A stretch of DNA of 64,000 nucleotides from Laetmonice hystrix. Taxonomy: Eukaryota. The stretch lies in NCBI GenBank assembly GCA_965235115.1, contig OZ249444.1:23808001-23872000 (forward strand), given 5' to 3'. Position 1 is the stretch's first letter. Every line of letters starts with the position of its first letter. The position numbers and the translations under genes are program-made. Positions 27,141 through 41,410 of this stretch are shown piece by piece. The notes below the pieces were generated by a model. The model made no database searches. It was not told the DNA's origin and worked only from the letters and a program-made list of their open reading frames with translations.

Positions 27141-27422
27141 GAAAGGGGGGAGGGGTTTCGACGGAAGGTGGCCTCCCCTGACTGGCTGAAAGGGGGGAGG
27201 GGTTTCGACGGAAGGTGGCCTCCCCTGACTGGCTGAAAGGGGGGAGGGGTTTCGACGGAAGGTGGCCTCCCCTGACTGGCTGAAAGGGGGGAGGGGTTTC
27301 GACGGAAGGTGGCCTCCCCTGACTGGCTGAAAGGGGGGAGGGGTTTCGACGGAAGGTGGACTCCCCTGACTGGCTGAAAGGGGGGAGGGGTTTCGACGGA
27401 AGGTGGCCTCCCCTGACTGGCT
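27141..27422. repeat. 47-bp tandem repeat, 6 copies
   Basis: Unit gaaaggggggaggggtttcgacggaaggtggcctcccctgactggct; no spacers. Confidence 0.97.
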
Positions 27423-30400
27423 GTTTTATAGCAACAACCCATTTTCAGGTAGCTCTCACTCCAGCCCGTGTCATTCCGTTCCTAACAGGCAATCTTCTCG
27501 ACCAAATAGATCCGGCCGCCCCCTGATGTTCGTTCGCGCCAGCTCTTTGTCTATTCACACCCCGGTATCCGTCCGCGCTGGCCCCAGATGTCTCAACGCT
27601 GACCAGCTGAGGAATCACACCATCAATGTTTTCCTGGACCACCTTTTGTAGGCTCTCATCACTTGTGACCATATTGAAGCTGCCCAGCCCAACACGACCT
27701 TCTACCCACCGACCCCAAGACCGGTCAAGTGCCTCATTGGGCTATGCAATCCCACCAGACAATCCCCGTCCCTTCATTTATCACCACCAAATCAAAGCAA
27801 CTCTGTCAACTTGAGACGACCCAATTTAGCGCTGAGCTCCCCGGCCCTAAGCTCCAACACCAATCTTCCAACGGGACTGCAGTGTACAATCCATTAGGGA
27901 CAAGGTCTCTACAGGCAAGAATGCCATCGAGCAGTTCTCTTGTAGGCAATGGACAGCGCCAAACGGGCCCAATTTGGGCGGACACCACAAGCCACTCTGG
28001 AGCGGGTCTATTCTAACTATACACTGTGGGTACCTTGAGGAAAGCAACCTTGTTCTCATGAAATACTCTCAAGGCTGACCAGGTTTCTCAAAGATTATTA
28101 CCTTCGTTATGCCTGGGTAATGACTGAATCTTTTAATTGGTCCTCGTTAAGTAAGCAATCAGCGTCATTGGACGAGTGGGTAACAGGGGGTTTCTTGTCA
28201 TGGCCACCAAGGGAATACGAGCTCTCCATTACTTGATTAACACACTACATGACCTACAACCCAGGACATGGAAATCATCTGTTCCCGTATTCCTTGACAA
28301 TTCGGCTTCAGGTTCCGGGTAATTATTTATTATTCTATTTTATTTATATATTCAATGATTTGGTGGTTGGATTGGAGGGAGACGCCTTCTGATACAAGTG
28401 AGTTGGAAAAGGATTAAATGCTGGACGTGTCTGTTCAAAGCTAAGCTAAGATATCATCTCCACCTACTACTGATATGGGGAATACATGTTCACCTTCCAC
28501 AGTCAAGGATAAACTGCTCGATTTTTCGTTTTTCCAATGGGAGCATTTTGGGCTGTTAGGAGTATAGGATGACAAAATATGTTCACTTATGTATAAGTCC
28601 AAGAGTCGACTATATACGACCCTGAAAGGGACTGGCTTATGTTGGTAAGGTGTGTCAGCTATAGCTTCCCGATTGCCTCAAATACCACACGATTCTGGGT
28701 GTGTGGGTGTGCGTGGGAGGGCGTGGGTGGACTGCGCTCTGTCTATGAAAATCTGAATAAAAAATACATGAACATACTGCTCTTATAATACAAGGCGGAC
28801 GATACGAAGTGGTTTGTGGTCTTCAGGGCGTTCTCGGGAACGGAGCAGCCAGGCTCGTAAAAACACCGACAAGAGAGAAAAGACGGAGAAGGCAGACTTC
28901 GCATGATCAGAGGGGTAAACCCCCAGCCTGGAGTCGGCCACCGGCCGTCAGTCGGCCAGACAGATGTCACAATGTCAAACGTCAGCGTGACATGCGATGT
29001 GACCAAAGCCAAAGTCTGCCCACCCGCTTACTTAGGCTAATGCATTTTTCACGTCGACATGCTCCGACTTCATGACCTTTGACCAATTAATGGACACCCT
29101 GCTGGACTCGCACTGCTTGCTACTGCAATTTCTTCAAATAGACCCACCAGTGCCATTCAATAACACGTCTTTATTGTGAGGGAACTTCAATACCCACGCT
29201 ATTAGGGAATTTCTTCTAATAAAAAAAAGAATCAGAAATGACAAATAACAAGACCACTGAAGGGGAGAATGAAAAGAGAACTGAAATACCCTCTGGCCGT
29301 CCTTTGGAGCAAAAAGGAATTTAGTATGAAGCTTACTGGTCAGTGTGGTGATCACAAAGTACAACATGTACCAGGAGAAGTCTTAATTGTTTTTATATTC
29401 CCCGTGGAGGTCCAGTCCACATTTGCCCACATTACCTGACTAAGCACTGCATTGAGATTAAATATTTAATTTCCGCTGTAATTGCAGTGCCCAGCGCAGG
29501 TGAATAAGTGCCACAGTTTGTGGCCGTTTTATTGGCTGCGCCTTAAGTCTGCAGACCTTCTACTCATCAGAAGCTGTCAGAATGGGACAATAAGAAAAGA
29601 TTGCTTTCAGTCTCCCTCAGTCCGTCCACATTCACACCACTGCTGCAGCTGCGCCTTTTTCTCGTAAACCGCCGGCGCACCTCCATCAGCTGGCCAGGCG
29701 TTTGTCCTGGACAGAAAGAGTTTCTCCGACTCTATTTGCTGTGTGATGTGGACAGACAGGTATAGATCAACACGGGTGTTAGGGACGTCCTACAAACGTC
29801 ATGAGGACTTAGGCCGGTGAATGTCGCTGATGGCTGGACTGAGTACCAATGATCATAGTAAGGCACCGTCCTTGGGTGGGCGTCTCCAGGACACCCCCTC
29901 CCGACTTCAAGTTAATCAAGAGAGCGGGACTGACTCGGGACTGGATTCCGACAATAGCGCTACCGCCGGGTCTGTACCGTGAACCCAGCACGGACTGCTG
30001 GAAACGAGCACGTCCAATAAATCCGCTCTCAGTCGGCGCCTGGACAGCTATAGACCATTTGAGAAACTGACCAAGGAGTCTCGAGTTGCTGGTGTCACGG
30101 GTGACAACTGCGCTGGAACCCCCACCACCCCACCCTCGCTCGTTCTGAGTAAATCAAAAGCAGCCAAGAAGACAGAGTGAACATACAACAGGGCTGCCAA
30201 TAGAGGCCGGCTGTATTCAGTCAGCCTGTGGAGGGACTGCGGAAACCATAACATCTTCCGACTGAAAGACTCAGTCAGCACGGCAGCACCTAACTACTGC
30301 TGACAGGGACTTCCTGGCCGACGTGTAACACAAGGCGGTCTGTTGGCTTGACTTTGTTTGCTGCCAACCTCTCCACCATTATGTTCAGCTCGACTTTGCT

Positions 30401-33400
30401 CTTAGCAAATGTCCACTGGCAGGTTGAGTTTCCAGGAACCTTACGGTGTCCTTCTCAGTGGTATATTTAGAGGTTACCCTGCCCCCCCCCCCCCCCGACA
30501 ATCATATGGTACATTGAAATTCCATATCTATTCTAATACTAACCCCCAGACCAATTCTGGCAACGCCCCTGCTTCTAAGCTAGCTTCAGAATCACACATA
30601 TGCAAACAGAGAAAACTGCATAAACTTTAAAACTCCAGAAGAACCCAAGGCTTTCTGAAGACCTCGTAAGGGAATCCACCATACAGGCGCCTCCCTTCTG
30701 GTCCACTGGGCTGAACCTGACCCCTCCACCTGCACCAATGACCAAAACTCATCCCATGATTGTGGTTGAATACTCTGCCTTCCCCGGACGATCGCCACAT
30801 GTGGTATCAGCCACATTAACTGCCTGTGGCACGTGTTGTTCACGTTTTATGTGCCACCCCCCAATCCATAGTAATCCGATGTTTTTCTTAATGCTTTCAG
30901 CAAAATAAAAATATCGAGGTACAAAAGAGAATTAATGCGCACTTTCATTTTTCATGTAAGAGAAATCCTCAATCCAAATGATCAGGCATTCTCCCTGATA
31001 CCAGAGAACACGAAGACTGTAATGGCCCCACCAGTGGACCTCTCTGCTGGGAAACCATCAGGTGGCTTTTAATATGAAGTAGAAAAATGGCAGTTGATTT
31101 TCATAATTTATTTCTCATTTCAATAAATTACCCCGTGAATCAACCAGGTAATTACAGAACCATTATACTATACATTAACTGTCCATAACTACAAAATTAT
31201 GCAAATAGGAAGTAATTTAACAAAAACAACGGCTTGTGCAATTTCATAAAATGATAAACTCTATGAACACTTAGTGGTTTGCACCTATTCACTCCTATAT
31301 AAAACTGTTATTTCCTAATATTTGATGTCAGTGTCTGACAGTAACCTACATTCTGTCACTGATTACTTACACAACATGAAATGACGCAGTCCCTTTGTTA
31401 GAGCAACCGTCCTAACAATGTCAAAGCGATTATTGCTAGGAGTTTTCATTTTAATTTATATATCTAGAGGACAATATAATAAAAAACATCCCTTTTTGCC
31501 ATAATACGTCAGGGCAAGCTGAAACCTAGCTTCCCCCATACCCTACCACCTGCATACCAAGCCTGCTACAAATTACCCTCTCCTCATCTCCTCTATCAGG
31601 TTAGCCTTGTGTCTCCACAGGTGATTCCAGTTGGGAGATCCGTGCTTCCACCGACTGCCTGCAGGTGGCGCTGACCACACTCCTGGCTGGGTCATCGTTA
31701 TCTGTCGTGGAGGCCCTCCTGATGTACAAGGTGTCACCCCCTGACACCCGCCCGTGTCTGCCCCCTGGCGGGCCCCCAAACCAGACCCGTCCCGGCCCGG
31801 CGGGACGGCCCGTCACCATAGCAACCAGGCGCCGACCCCCTAGTCGGGGGCACCAATCGGAGCGGGCCTGTGGTCAGCTAATGAAGACGTTTTCCCCATC
31901 AGGACCCTGGCCCACACCTCTTCAATCAAGCTCGCTCCTGATCCCTCTAACAAGCACCTGCTGAGACTAAAGTCAGATCTTACAGGTCCTTATCTAGCTC
32001 CGAATGGCGATGAAGGGCACACGGTTGCTTAGGGCCAAGGCCAGATTAGGGTGGAGACAAAGATTTCTTTGGGAGGATTCATGTATCTCAATATTCACTC
32101 AGGAGTTTTCAGGGAGAGGGTATTTGAAAACTAACACCTCAGACTTCCGACCCCTGAGTCATGATAAAATCCCATGACTTCTGCATGACTCGAGCGCTCT
32201 CACCAATTTGCCCACTTTTCACGTTATCTCAGAGCATATGACTGCATTTCTAGGCACTCTACCCAGAGGCGACCAGCAGGCTGGGGGGTTGGACTTCAGG
32301 GCGGGCCTTGCCCAAGGGCTGGGTTGTTACAACAATGGATAAATAGGCTAACAATGGCTCTTCACCACATAAACAGGTATTGGAACAAAGAGCCAGCCTA
32401 CTTACTTGTGCCCCAACACCAGCAAAGGGACTGTGCTTCACTGCAGTCGTTTCGACACAAACACATTTCAATCAAACGGCTAAGTCTCAACTTTCATTTC
32501 TCTGCTCACCAACCATATGGCCCTTGTTGACTAAACATATCAAGTACCGGTTTCAGGACCATTCACTGTCTCTTTGTCAGTCGACCACACTGGATATCCA
32601 GTTACAAGAGACATTTTGCCGTTACGATCTAACAATAAATGAGGCACACTGAATCGCCAGACCGGACCGCATTCAATACAGAGTCGGTACCGATTTTACT
32701 TTTCCTTATCTCCTGTGACGAGAAAGATTTCTATGAAAAGGTCAAAATGTTTTCCGTGTCTAACGGTCCGACTGGTTACAGAGTTGACCCCTCCCATCCG
32801 CCCCATTCATTCACCACCAGAGGTCGCTATTTGCACACATTTCATCGTTTATTGAGTGACCTGTCCAGAACAAAGAAATATTGACCTCAGTGTTGTCCAT
32901 CATGCCATCTGTTGCCCCCCACGGAGGGCCGAGAGTAGTGGACATTGGCCAAGCTGACCGCGACTCTAAGGTCAAACGTGAGTGCATGACCGAATCACGG
33001 CTTCCTCATTCAGGTCAGTTCATTAAGTGAAATGATAATTCCAGAGGGTATTTACACAATGGAGGGGTGGGGGTGGGGTGGGGTGGGGGGTTCAACCCTG
33101 TTCTATAACACCTGGTAGGACACAACGGTAATATCTAGGACTGTATCTTATCATCTTACTAAACAATACTAAAACAGAGATTTATCATTCCTAACGGCTC
33201 TTGTTATCAATGCAGCGTTCCGGGGGTTTGGGGGAGGGGGGCGTGGGCTTCTTTGTGGGGGTGGGGGTGGGGGTGGGGGTACTGACCCCCGCAGGGAAAT
33301 TATGACAGGTTACTTTTATCGGTAATATGAGCCCATCTGGCTGCCTCTAGTTTCTCTTCAGTAGAGGAGCCTACTAAAAGCCGACCTCATATGGAGAAGT

Positions 33401-33824
33401 CGTGGGATGGGGCACCACCCTGGGGAAGAGGGCTTTTCCGTCCGCCACTGACTGGAACGTCGTTCTGCAAGGAATAAAAACACATTTCGGGAACACTGCG
33501 TCAGGGCACACCGACTGTCCCTGTCTGTTTATCACGTGGTCTGGAGTCAGGTGACGATTCCCGGAAGAAAGCTAGAATTATTTTCTTTATTTGGTCCTGT
33601 GCCTCTGTCCCACCGTTCCCGACATTAGCTGACTGAATACTTTTCCCCAAGGTGAATCAGTAGTAACCTGAGGTAGGTCTCACTTACTGTCAACCACAGG
33701 CTGTCGGGGACTTCCGCACAACACACCCCACCTCCTCCTGAGGATCCCAACAGGTTCCCAGCCCCATGGCCAGCTCCCTCCATACATCGCACATTACTGT
33801 TACCATCCTTAGCTTAGCTTTGTT

Positions 33825-34514
33825 TTGTCACATAGCAGGAGATGAAAGTCGACACCTAAGGTAGACATCCAGATAATACCACTATCGTGCCATTTGTTAA
33901 ACCAGTGGTGACTATCTGATACTCTCACCATTCGGAGCTCCTATGGTTTTTGTTGTCACATAGCAGGTACGCAGGAGGAGATGAAAGTCGACACCTAAGG
34001 TAGACATCCAGGCCATACCACTATCGTGCCATTTGTTAAAGGGAGGGTAAACACCCACGGCAAATAAGGTTCCGTAGACCAAATGAAACACCAGCATTTA
34101 CCTCAGGGCAATAAATGACACAATTACGTTGTTTGAATGAAGTAATTAACGTGTAACCGCACGATGTATGACGCCGCTGGTTCTTACCTTGACCTTCTTG
34201 TGTGTTCATCAGAGCCGAATGCTGCACACCGCGGCGTATTGCGTAACATTACGTGTTACTCTGCTCACAGACCTAGTCTACACGATGTTTGGAGTCCCAA
34301 CGTTTGTAAACGTCCGAGGTGTTGAACACACAAGCAGAACTAGCAGCGTCACACATCAGGCAGTTACACGTTAATTACTTCATTCAGACAACGTAATTGT
34401 GTCATTTATGGCCCTGAGGTAAATGCTGGTGTTTCATTTGGTCTACTAAACCTTATTTACCGTGGGTGTTTACCCTGCTTTTAAACCAGTGGTGACTATC
34501 TGATACTCTCACCA
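33825..34514. repeat. Local ~105-bp direct duplication; the second copy is interrupted by a MITE
   Basis: ttgtcacatagcagg...gatgaaagtcgacacctaaggtagacatccag...catttgttaa|accagtggtgactatctgatactctcacca occurs at 33825-33930 and again at 33954-34039 plus 34485-34514. Confidence 0.9.
34040..34480. mobile_element. Non-autonomous DNA transposon (MITE) with ~118-bp TIRs and a TTAA target-site duplication, Kolobok-like
   Basis: Left arm 34040-34157 and right arm 34363-34480 are reverse complements with ~7 mismatches. TTAA at 34036-34039 and 34481-34484. The adjacent paralog has a single TTAA (33897-33900). RR..YY termini with TTAA fit Kolobok better than piggyBac (CCC..GGG). Confidence 0.85.
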
Positions 34515-37500
34515 TCTCCCAATCTCATATTTGATATCTGACACTAGCTCACCTGTTAACGTCTCGGAGTACAAAAATGTATACATACGATCGCATTCCG
34601 AATAGCTGTAGCAAATCGCCTGCTCCACTTGCCATGAGCCGAATTAGCCAGAGACGGTGATAACTCTATTTCAATCTTCATACAAATTCAACCGAACAAA
34701 TTTAGCCGAACAAATTTAGCCGAACAAAGCTCATGTTCAGATCGGGACTGATTTAGTCAATGTTTGAAACAATAGGATTCACACCCCCCCCCCCCCCCGA
34801 CACAGACACAAACCTAGGTTTATAATTGGGCTTAGAGCGTTTCCTTCTATTGTTTTAACCCTGTTCATCTCATTGTCTTCTCCATCAACTCTTCCAAAGA
34901 CAAGGCACGCACGGGAAACATCTGCACCCGTCACAATCCAAGGCACTCGTCTTCCTTTGGCGTCCTCCTCCTCTTCAATTTGATGGCTATTCAAACTCGC
35001 GCTAGTTGTGCTGGGCGTTGCTTGGCAACACGTTGTATTGGTTACTTTGATATGGTTTGATTATCGCTCACTTGGTCTGCGAACACAATACTATGACACG
35101 TTCACAGAGGGCGTGTTTTACCGACGTTATCGAACTTTGATCAGGTGTGAAGCGGTACGTGTGTTTCTAAGAAGTCCTCCACAGACAAGGGCTGGCAGCA
35201 AATCATACATGAACTTGCTATCGAACCATTTAATGAACTTGTACCACATCAAGGGGGTCGTTACTGGCTGGTGTTTACTTCATCATCGCAATCACCACTC
35301 ACTACTCTCCCTCACCGTGTAAAAGTGATATCGAGGACAAAGGAAGGAGCGAAATAAAATAACTGAAAGCGAGTCAGAAGAGATATTACAAAACACCCAA
35401 CCTTTCTGCAAATCAATAACGGAATTGCAAAAATCCATTTTCTAAAGACGACACAAAAAAATGCTTGCGGCTATTTTTTCACATCAAAGAAGAGCCTTCG
35501 TTATGTAGATGTTTAATTAAGAGAAGCAGCTGGGCAGTGAGCAATTACTTTGTCCTCATAGACAGACACGGGCGAACATGTTCGAGATGCCGTCCCTTGG
35601 TTGTCACCAAACATTTTAAATACACACTCAGCCATCTTCTGTAGGTTCTATTATAACATGCCATTTGTCATCTGTATAATAAATAGGGGGCCAAGTCAAA
35701 TCTATCCATATTCCGCAAAATACATGATCTTAAATTCCACTAGGTTTTAACACCTTGGTTTTATATAAAATTTGAAACTGAACATACCAGGATAACAAGG
35801 GGCAAAGGACCATCTCAAGACAAGAAATCTTATTTCTCACGCAGTGCATCTTTGGACTGTGTTCAAATTGCAGTTGCATTCATTGAAAGAAATTCCCCGC
35901 AGAATATGGATGAAATGCTTCCCTTTTTGAAAACAGGGAAAAACGTGTGGGCAGGAGGTAAGAAGTTATGAATGCATTAAAAAGAAAATCAATTTGTCAA
36001 ATTGTTATCTTTGCAAGGGATTTTTTGAGAGGCCCCAGATACGGCAATGACCCGTTCCTGAAATCAGTCCTTCAAGTTGCTGACAACTGGCGACCCAAAC
36101 ACGACCGTTCCTTTATTTCCATATTCTTCAGCAAACTCTTCTTTTCTCACCACTACGTTTATTCAGTGGTGTCGAAAACCTTGAACCATGAGCAATTCTG
36201 CGGAAAACGAGAGGTTGGATTCAAAAGCCAGCGACAGAAAACGGAACACTTCCATTTGAACACTCCTGGAGAGACGGCCGCCAACTTTCGGCGGGAATAG
36301 TTGGATATGATCATACCCTTCGGAGGACTTCCGCCTAGATTGTGTGTCTATTCACACACCAACGCTACAACAATACAATTGTTCCATTGTGAGCATCAGA
36401 ATTCACTTCACGTGCTGTATATATACACGGATAATTGACGGCGTTCCAAACGGCAGTGAGTCAATAAGAGAAACCCCTGACAGTCATATCTCTCCCCACA
36501 AAGTGTTTCCAACTAGAAAGGGTATTCGGCAACACGCCATTATTGGCCGCGCTGTGCAAGGGCCTGAATTACCTTCCGACTGACCGTCTTATGAATACTT
36601 AAACAGGCGGCCTTCAGACCGGCCCCACCCGGCAGGGGGCGCCTTATACAACTCATACCAAGCTGTCCTTCTGTCCGCTCACGTCACGCGGCTGTGTCAT
36701 ACCGACGTGAAGGATGTCAACAAAGACCTGATTCTAACATTGGCCCTGAGATCTATTGGCGGGAACTAAGATTGGCGGCGTTTGGTCCTAGGGCGGTCTG
36801 AGCGGCTGTGGTTGGCAATGACTACTGCTAACTGCTGGTGGGTGGTAATCAGTGGCGCCCAGTCGTGGTGGGTTCTGTGACAGTGCCTTACCTCCGACAC
36901 CTGCCCACACTGACGGCTGACATTGTGTAAATCCTATACCTCACTGTTTGTGATGTAATTATACCAACACTCTCATTGCCACCTACGGCATTGGAACACA
37001 TACGGCATTGCAAAATCTAACCAACGATTTCGCACCATATCTCTGAGTAAATTCTGCTAGGACATAATAACGGTTACAAGAACGGAATCCTGCCAAATGT
37101 ACCATGGTTGTTCAAAACAATTTAATAAGATCGATTTAAAGATCTTCTGACAAACTTTATAAATATTCAGGGCAGATACTAAAACATTTGCACATCCAAT
37201 AACCAGGCAGCAAAACGATAGGGGGGTTGATGGTTTTTACTGGGCTAGACTTCAATATTTCTAATGATATCACAGACCTCATTCACTTCAGTGTAATCTT
37301 ATGGACAATCAGTAGATACTACAATGGAATTCGCAGGGCTCCAACAAAAGAAACAGAGCAATAATAAAATTGAAATTCCGTAACAAAATGAAAACAATTC
37401 TTCACCACAACAAAGCCCAGAAAGTACTTACCCGATCTGTGGGCATGTTTCTCTGCTATTACACACACTGAGGACAAAGCCATTACATTTGTACATTGAA

Positions 37501-40315
37501 AAGTTTGTAACTCACCCTCCGACGACAGAGTACTTAAAACATAGACTCACCTGGAAGAGACAAAGATTAAGTGAATATTAAAATGGGTGATTAATTAAGT
37601 GATGTTTACTCATCAATGAGTCTGAAATCTTTACATTCAAACCATACCCAGGTACGTAAATGTATTAAATACAGACACATGCAATTTAATTACACATAAC
37701 AACATTCTGTTTGTAAAGGCAGTCTTAATATTTTACTAATTAGGCGCAGAAAGCTCAATTTTTGTTTTACTGTGCACCAAGTCTGATGAACGATATTCTT
37801 TGACAGTGGCACTCATTAATCGAGTATCTTTCGAATTCTAAATCCAAGTTATACTGCTACTATAATTATTCTTCGAAACGGAAGAAAGGATAAACTATCA
37901 AACTACCCTTGCGAGAGAAATATCAATCAACATTTGAACGTCGGCAAATACCGGCTCAAGGGGAATAAGTTTCCTCTTCATATGGACATTTCTAATAACA
38001 TGCATGGTATTTTGGAGAATAGCCATAAGTAAAACAGATGACTACTGCTACTTTAAATCTAATCGGCTTTCCTAACTACAGACGTTATATTCTATCGATA
38101 ATAAAATGGTGGTTTTTCGATACGGATGCGTTGTATGGTTCAATGGCTCCGTATTGGCCGTGCACCGAGCTACAAGGAAAGGGAATTTGTTGATTGTTAG
38201 AGTCGAGTGGGAGTGATCCCAGCCCTGGCTCTCGGCCAGATACACTGAATCCCTCCGGTTTACAAGGTACCATCTGCACAAAGTGGAAACTATTGAAACT
38301 GACCAGCTGTCTACCTGTACCATTCACACCTGAGCCAGATGTCGGCCCTGGGCTGGGGCCTGGTTTGGGCCCCTCGGATGGACATGGGCCAGACTGGTAT
38401 CAAATTCCATGACCATGAGAACAAAGCCTTTCCTGGTCCGTTCAGACATACCCAACCCCCAGTCCAATCGGCCCGATTGCCACCACAGGTTCCAAGCTGA
38501 CAATTAATTGTTAAGCAGCGATCGAATCAATTCTAGATGAGCAATCAGCTCGCTGTTGATTGTCTATACCCGCTGCTCGCCCTTGGTATGTTGACCATCT
38601 CCGCCGCCTACTGTAAACCCAATACACGCAGTATTGGCATTTAGACCGAATTTCTGAAGTCAGAAACAGAAATTCTACGATATATCTGCCTGCATACAGA
38701 TCTGAAACCGTGCTTAACTGTCACTGACCACATTATGTGGAAAGACTAAACACTGTAGCCTTTGCTTCCTCCCCGCACACAACATTGAATAAAAACAGAA
38801 TAATGAATAATGAAGTACTTAAAGATTAAATGGAGAAAAATTATTCAATTAATGCATATGATCTTTAATGAATGGGGCAGCTGGCGATGAGCGCTGATGG
38901 TCGTCGGGACAATGAGTGAAAAGGGTGAACGCTACAGGATATCGTGCATAAAGAAATACGAAAAGACTGACAAACTGAACCTGCCCTTCTGGCAACTGAT
39001 ACTTATTTCTAAGTTTTATTTCCCCTCTTTATTTTTAAATTTAAATTTTCTCTCTACAGACAGAACCTCTATATCGCTGCCAGACAAAAAATCCTTTAAG
39101 ACATCAATTTAGCTCTTAACTTTCACTGCAAACTAAAAAACAATTCCTGGGACTGCTACATGTTCTGTTCAATCCGAGCAGCATTGGCGCGGTCATGTTC
39201 TCAGTCCAAGTAATCCAACACCGGCATAAAACGGAGTCCATGTGAACTTTGTTTCGAAATGTCAAGTTGTGATTGAAAGGCGAACTGCGGTCCGTGCCAG
39301 CTGCGACACTGTCCCTGTCGGTCGTCATATCAACAGGAACTATCCTGGATCGTGTCAGAACCTGCTGTCATTCATTTACCGTAAACCCTTGATGTCAGAC
39401 CCACAATCTCTGTGAACCCAGCCAACTGATTCAATATAAACATCGCCGACTAAACCCAGACCCATAGTCTCAGGGCATGTATATCCACCACGTCACACTA
39501 CTCAAAATGGAGAGTTCTCTAACTACAGATTCGTATTAAGGCACTGAAAACAAGTTTAACACACACATTAATTAAAGATTCACTTTTATTACTACCTGTA
39601 CCAGACGCACCTAACGCAGACTAACGCAGATCAAGATCAACATATAGACTAAAAGGAAGAGGCAAAGAAAGAAAGAGATGAAGAAATCACTTCCTCTCTG
39701 CATGAGGTCAGGTGGCTGTGCCCCACCCTGAGTGTGTCTTCTCAAGCTGCCACCGTTTTCCAAGTTTTTAACCTTAAATCTCATCCAGCTGGATTGTGTT
39801 TCGCCGCCTGCTCCGATCGTCGGTTTACCGTTCCGCCAGAGGGCGCTGACACAGGGCTCAGACACAGGGCTCAGACACAGAGCACAGACAAGGCCAGGGC
39901 TCCTGAAGGCTCAGACTGTACCTCTCACAACTCCCGCAGGAACAGGTCTGTCTTGGATCACCCACACTATCAGTTTACTAATCCGGGATTAACTTCGCTA
40001 ATCTCATTCACATCAAGCGATTTCTGTCTCTAGAGGTCAAACCCCTACCCCACCCCGGGGCCATTATGTGATCATCTCCCGGTGACCCACCCAGCTGTGA
40101 CAGTCAGCATGTGCTTCACATCGCATTCAATGGGGTCACACTACCCACTAGATATGATTATAGGTTAATCAATGATATCCAGATTGGCTAATTCTCAGGG
40201 CATTAATCTATTACATTTGTTTAATTGCCCTGTCAGTAACAAAGACTCCAATGGGACTCGAAGCCTTCAAACCTCCACAACAATGTTCGTCCTAACTTCC
40301 TCGTACACTGGGATC

Positions 40316-41293
40316 TTGATAACCGACCACGTCAGCCCTTGTTCACCAACCAGCGCCCAATCAGATGGCAGTTGACAAACCCACCACGTCAGCCCTTGTT
40401 CACCAACCAGCGCCCAATCAGATGGCAGTTGACAAACCCACCACGTCAGCCCTTGTTCACCAACCAGCGCCCAATCAGATGACAGTTGACAAACCCACCA
40501 CGTCAGCCCTTGTTCACCAACCAGCGCCCAATCAGATGACAGTTGACAAACCCACCACGTCAGCCCTTGTTCACCAACCAGCGACCAATCAGATGACAGT
40601 TGACAAACCCACCACGTCAGCCCTTGTTCACCAACCAGCGCCCAATCAGATGGCAGTTGACAAACCCACCACGTCAGCCCTTGTTCACCAACCAGCGCCC
40701 AATCAGATGGCAGTTGACAAACCCACCACGTCAGCCCTTGTTCACCAACCAGCGCCCAATCAGATGACAGTTGACAAACCCACCACGTCAGCCCTTGTTC
40801 ACCATCCAGCGCCCAATCAGATGGCAGTTGACAAACCCACCACGTCAGCCCTTGTTCACCAACCATCGCCCAATCAGATGACAGTTGACAAACCCACCAC
40901 GTCAGCCCTTGTTCACCAACCAGCGCCCAATCAGATGGCAGTTGACAAACCCACCACGTCAGCCCTTGTTCACCAACCATCGCCCAATCAGATGACAGTT
41001 GACAAACCCACCACGTCAGCCCTTGTTCACCAACCAGCGACCAATCAGATGGCAGTTGACAAACCCACAACGTCAGCCCTTGTTCACCAACCAGCGCCCA
41101 ATCAGATGACAGTTGACAAACCCACCACGTCAGCCCTTGTTCACCAACCAGCGACCAATCAGATGGCAGTTGACAAACCCACCACGTCAGCCCTTGTTCA
41201 CCAACCAGCGACCAATCAGATGGCAGTTGACAAACCCACCACGTCAGCCCTTGTTCACCAACCAGCGACCAATCAGATGGCAGTTGACAAACC
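40316..41293. repeat. 57-bp tandem repeat, ~17 copies
   Basis: Unit gttgacaaacccaccacgtcagcccttgttcaccaaccagcgcccaatcagat(g/a)gca. It explains the ORFs 40365-41336(+) and 40267-41331(-). Confidence 0.97.
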
Positions 41294-41410
41294 AGTATAT
41301 CACAATCTAAACTTTGATGGATTGCTGACACAGTGATCCAAAACAGTTACCAGATCAGTCGAAGTCTTTGCACCACGGCGGCCCCAATCTCCCAGGGTAG
41401 TGCTGGAGGG

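Noticed and set aside
27141-27422. CRISPR-like appearance of the hairpin-containing 47-bp repeat (also the 80 and 83-bp arrays)
   Set aside because: Repeats are contiguous with no unique spacers, there are no cas genes, and the context is eukaryotic.
40267-41336. 323-aa and 354-aa mucin-like ORFs
   Set aside because: Products of the 57-bp repeat. The plus ORF starts inside the array just after an in-frame TAA, and both strands are open.
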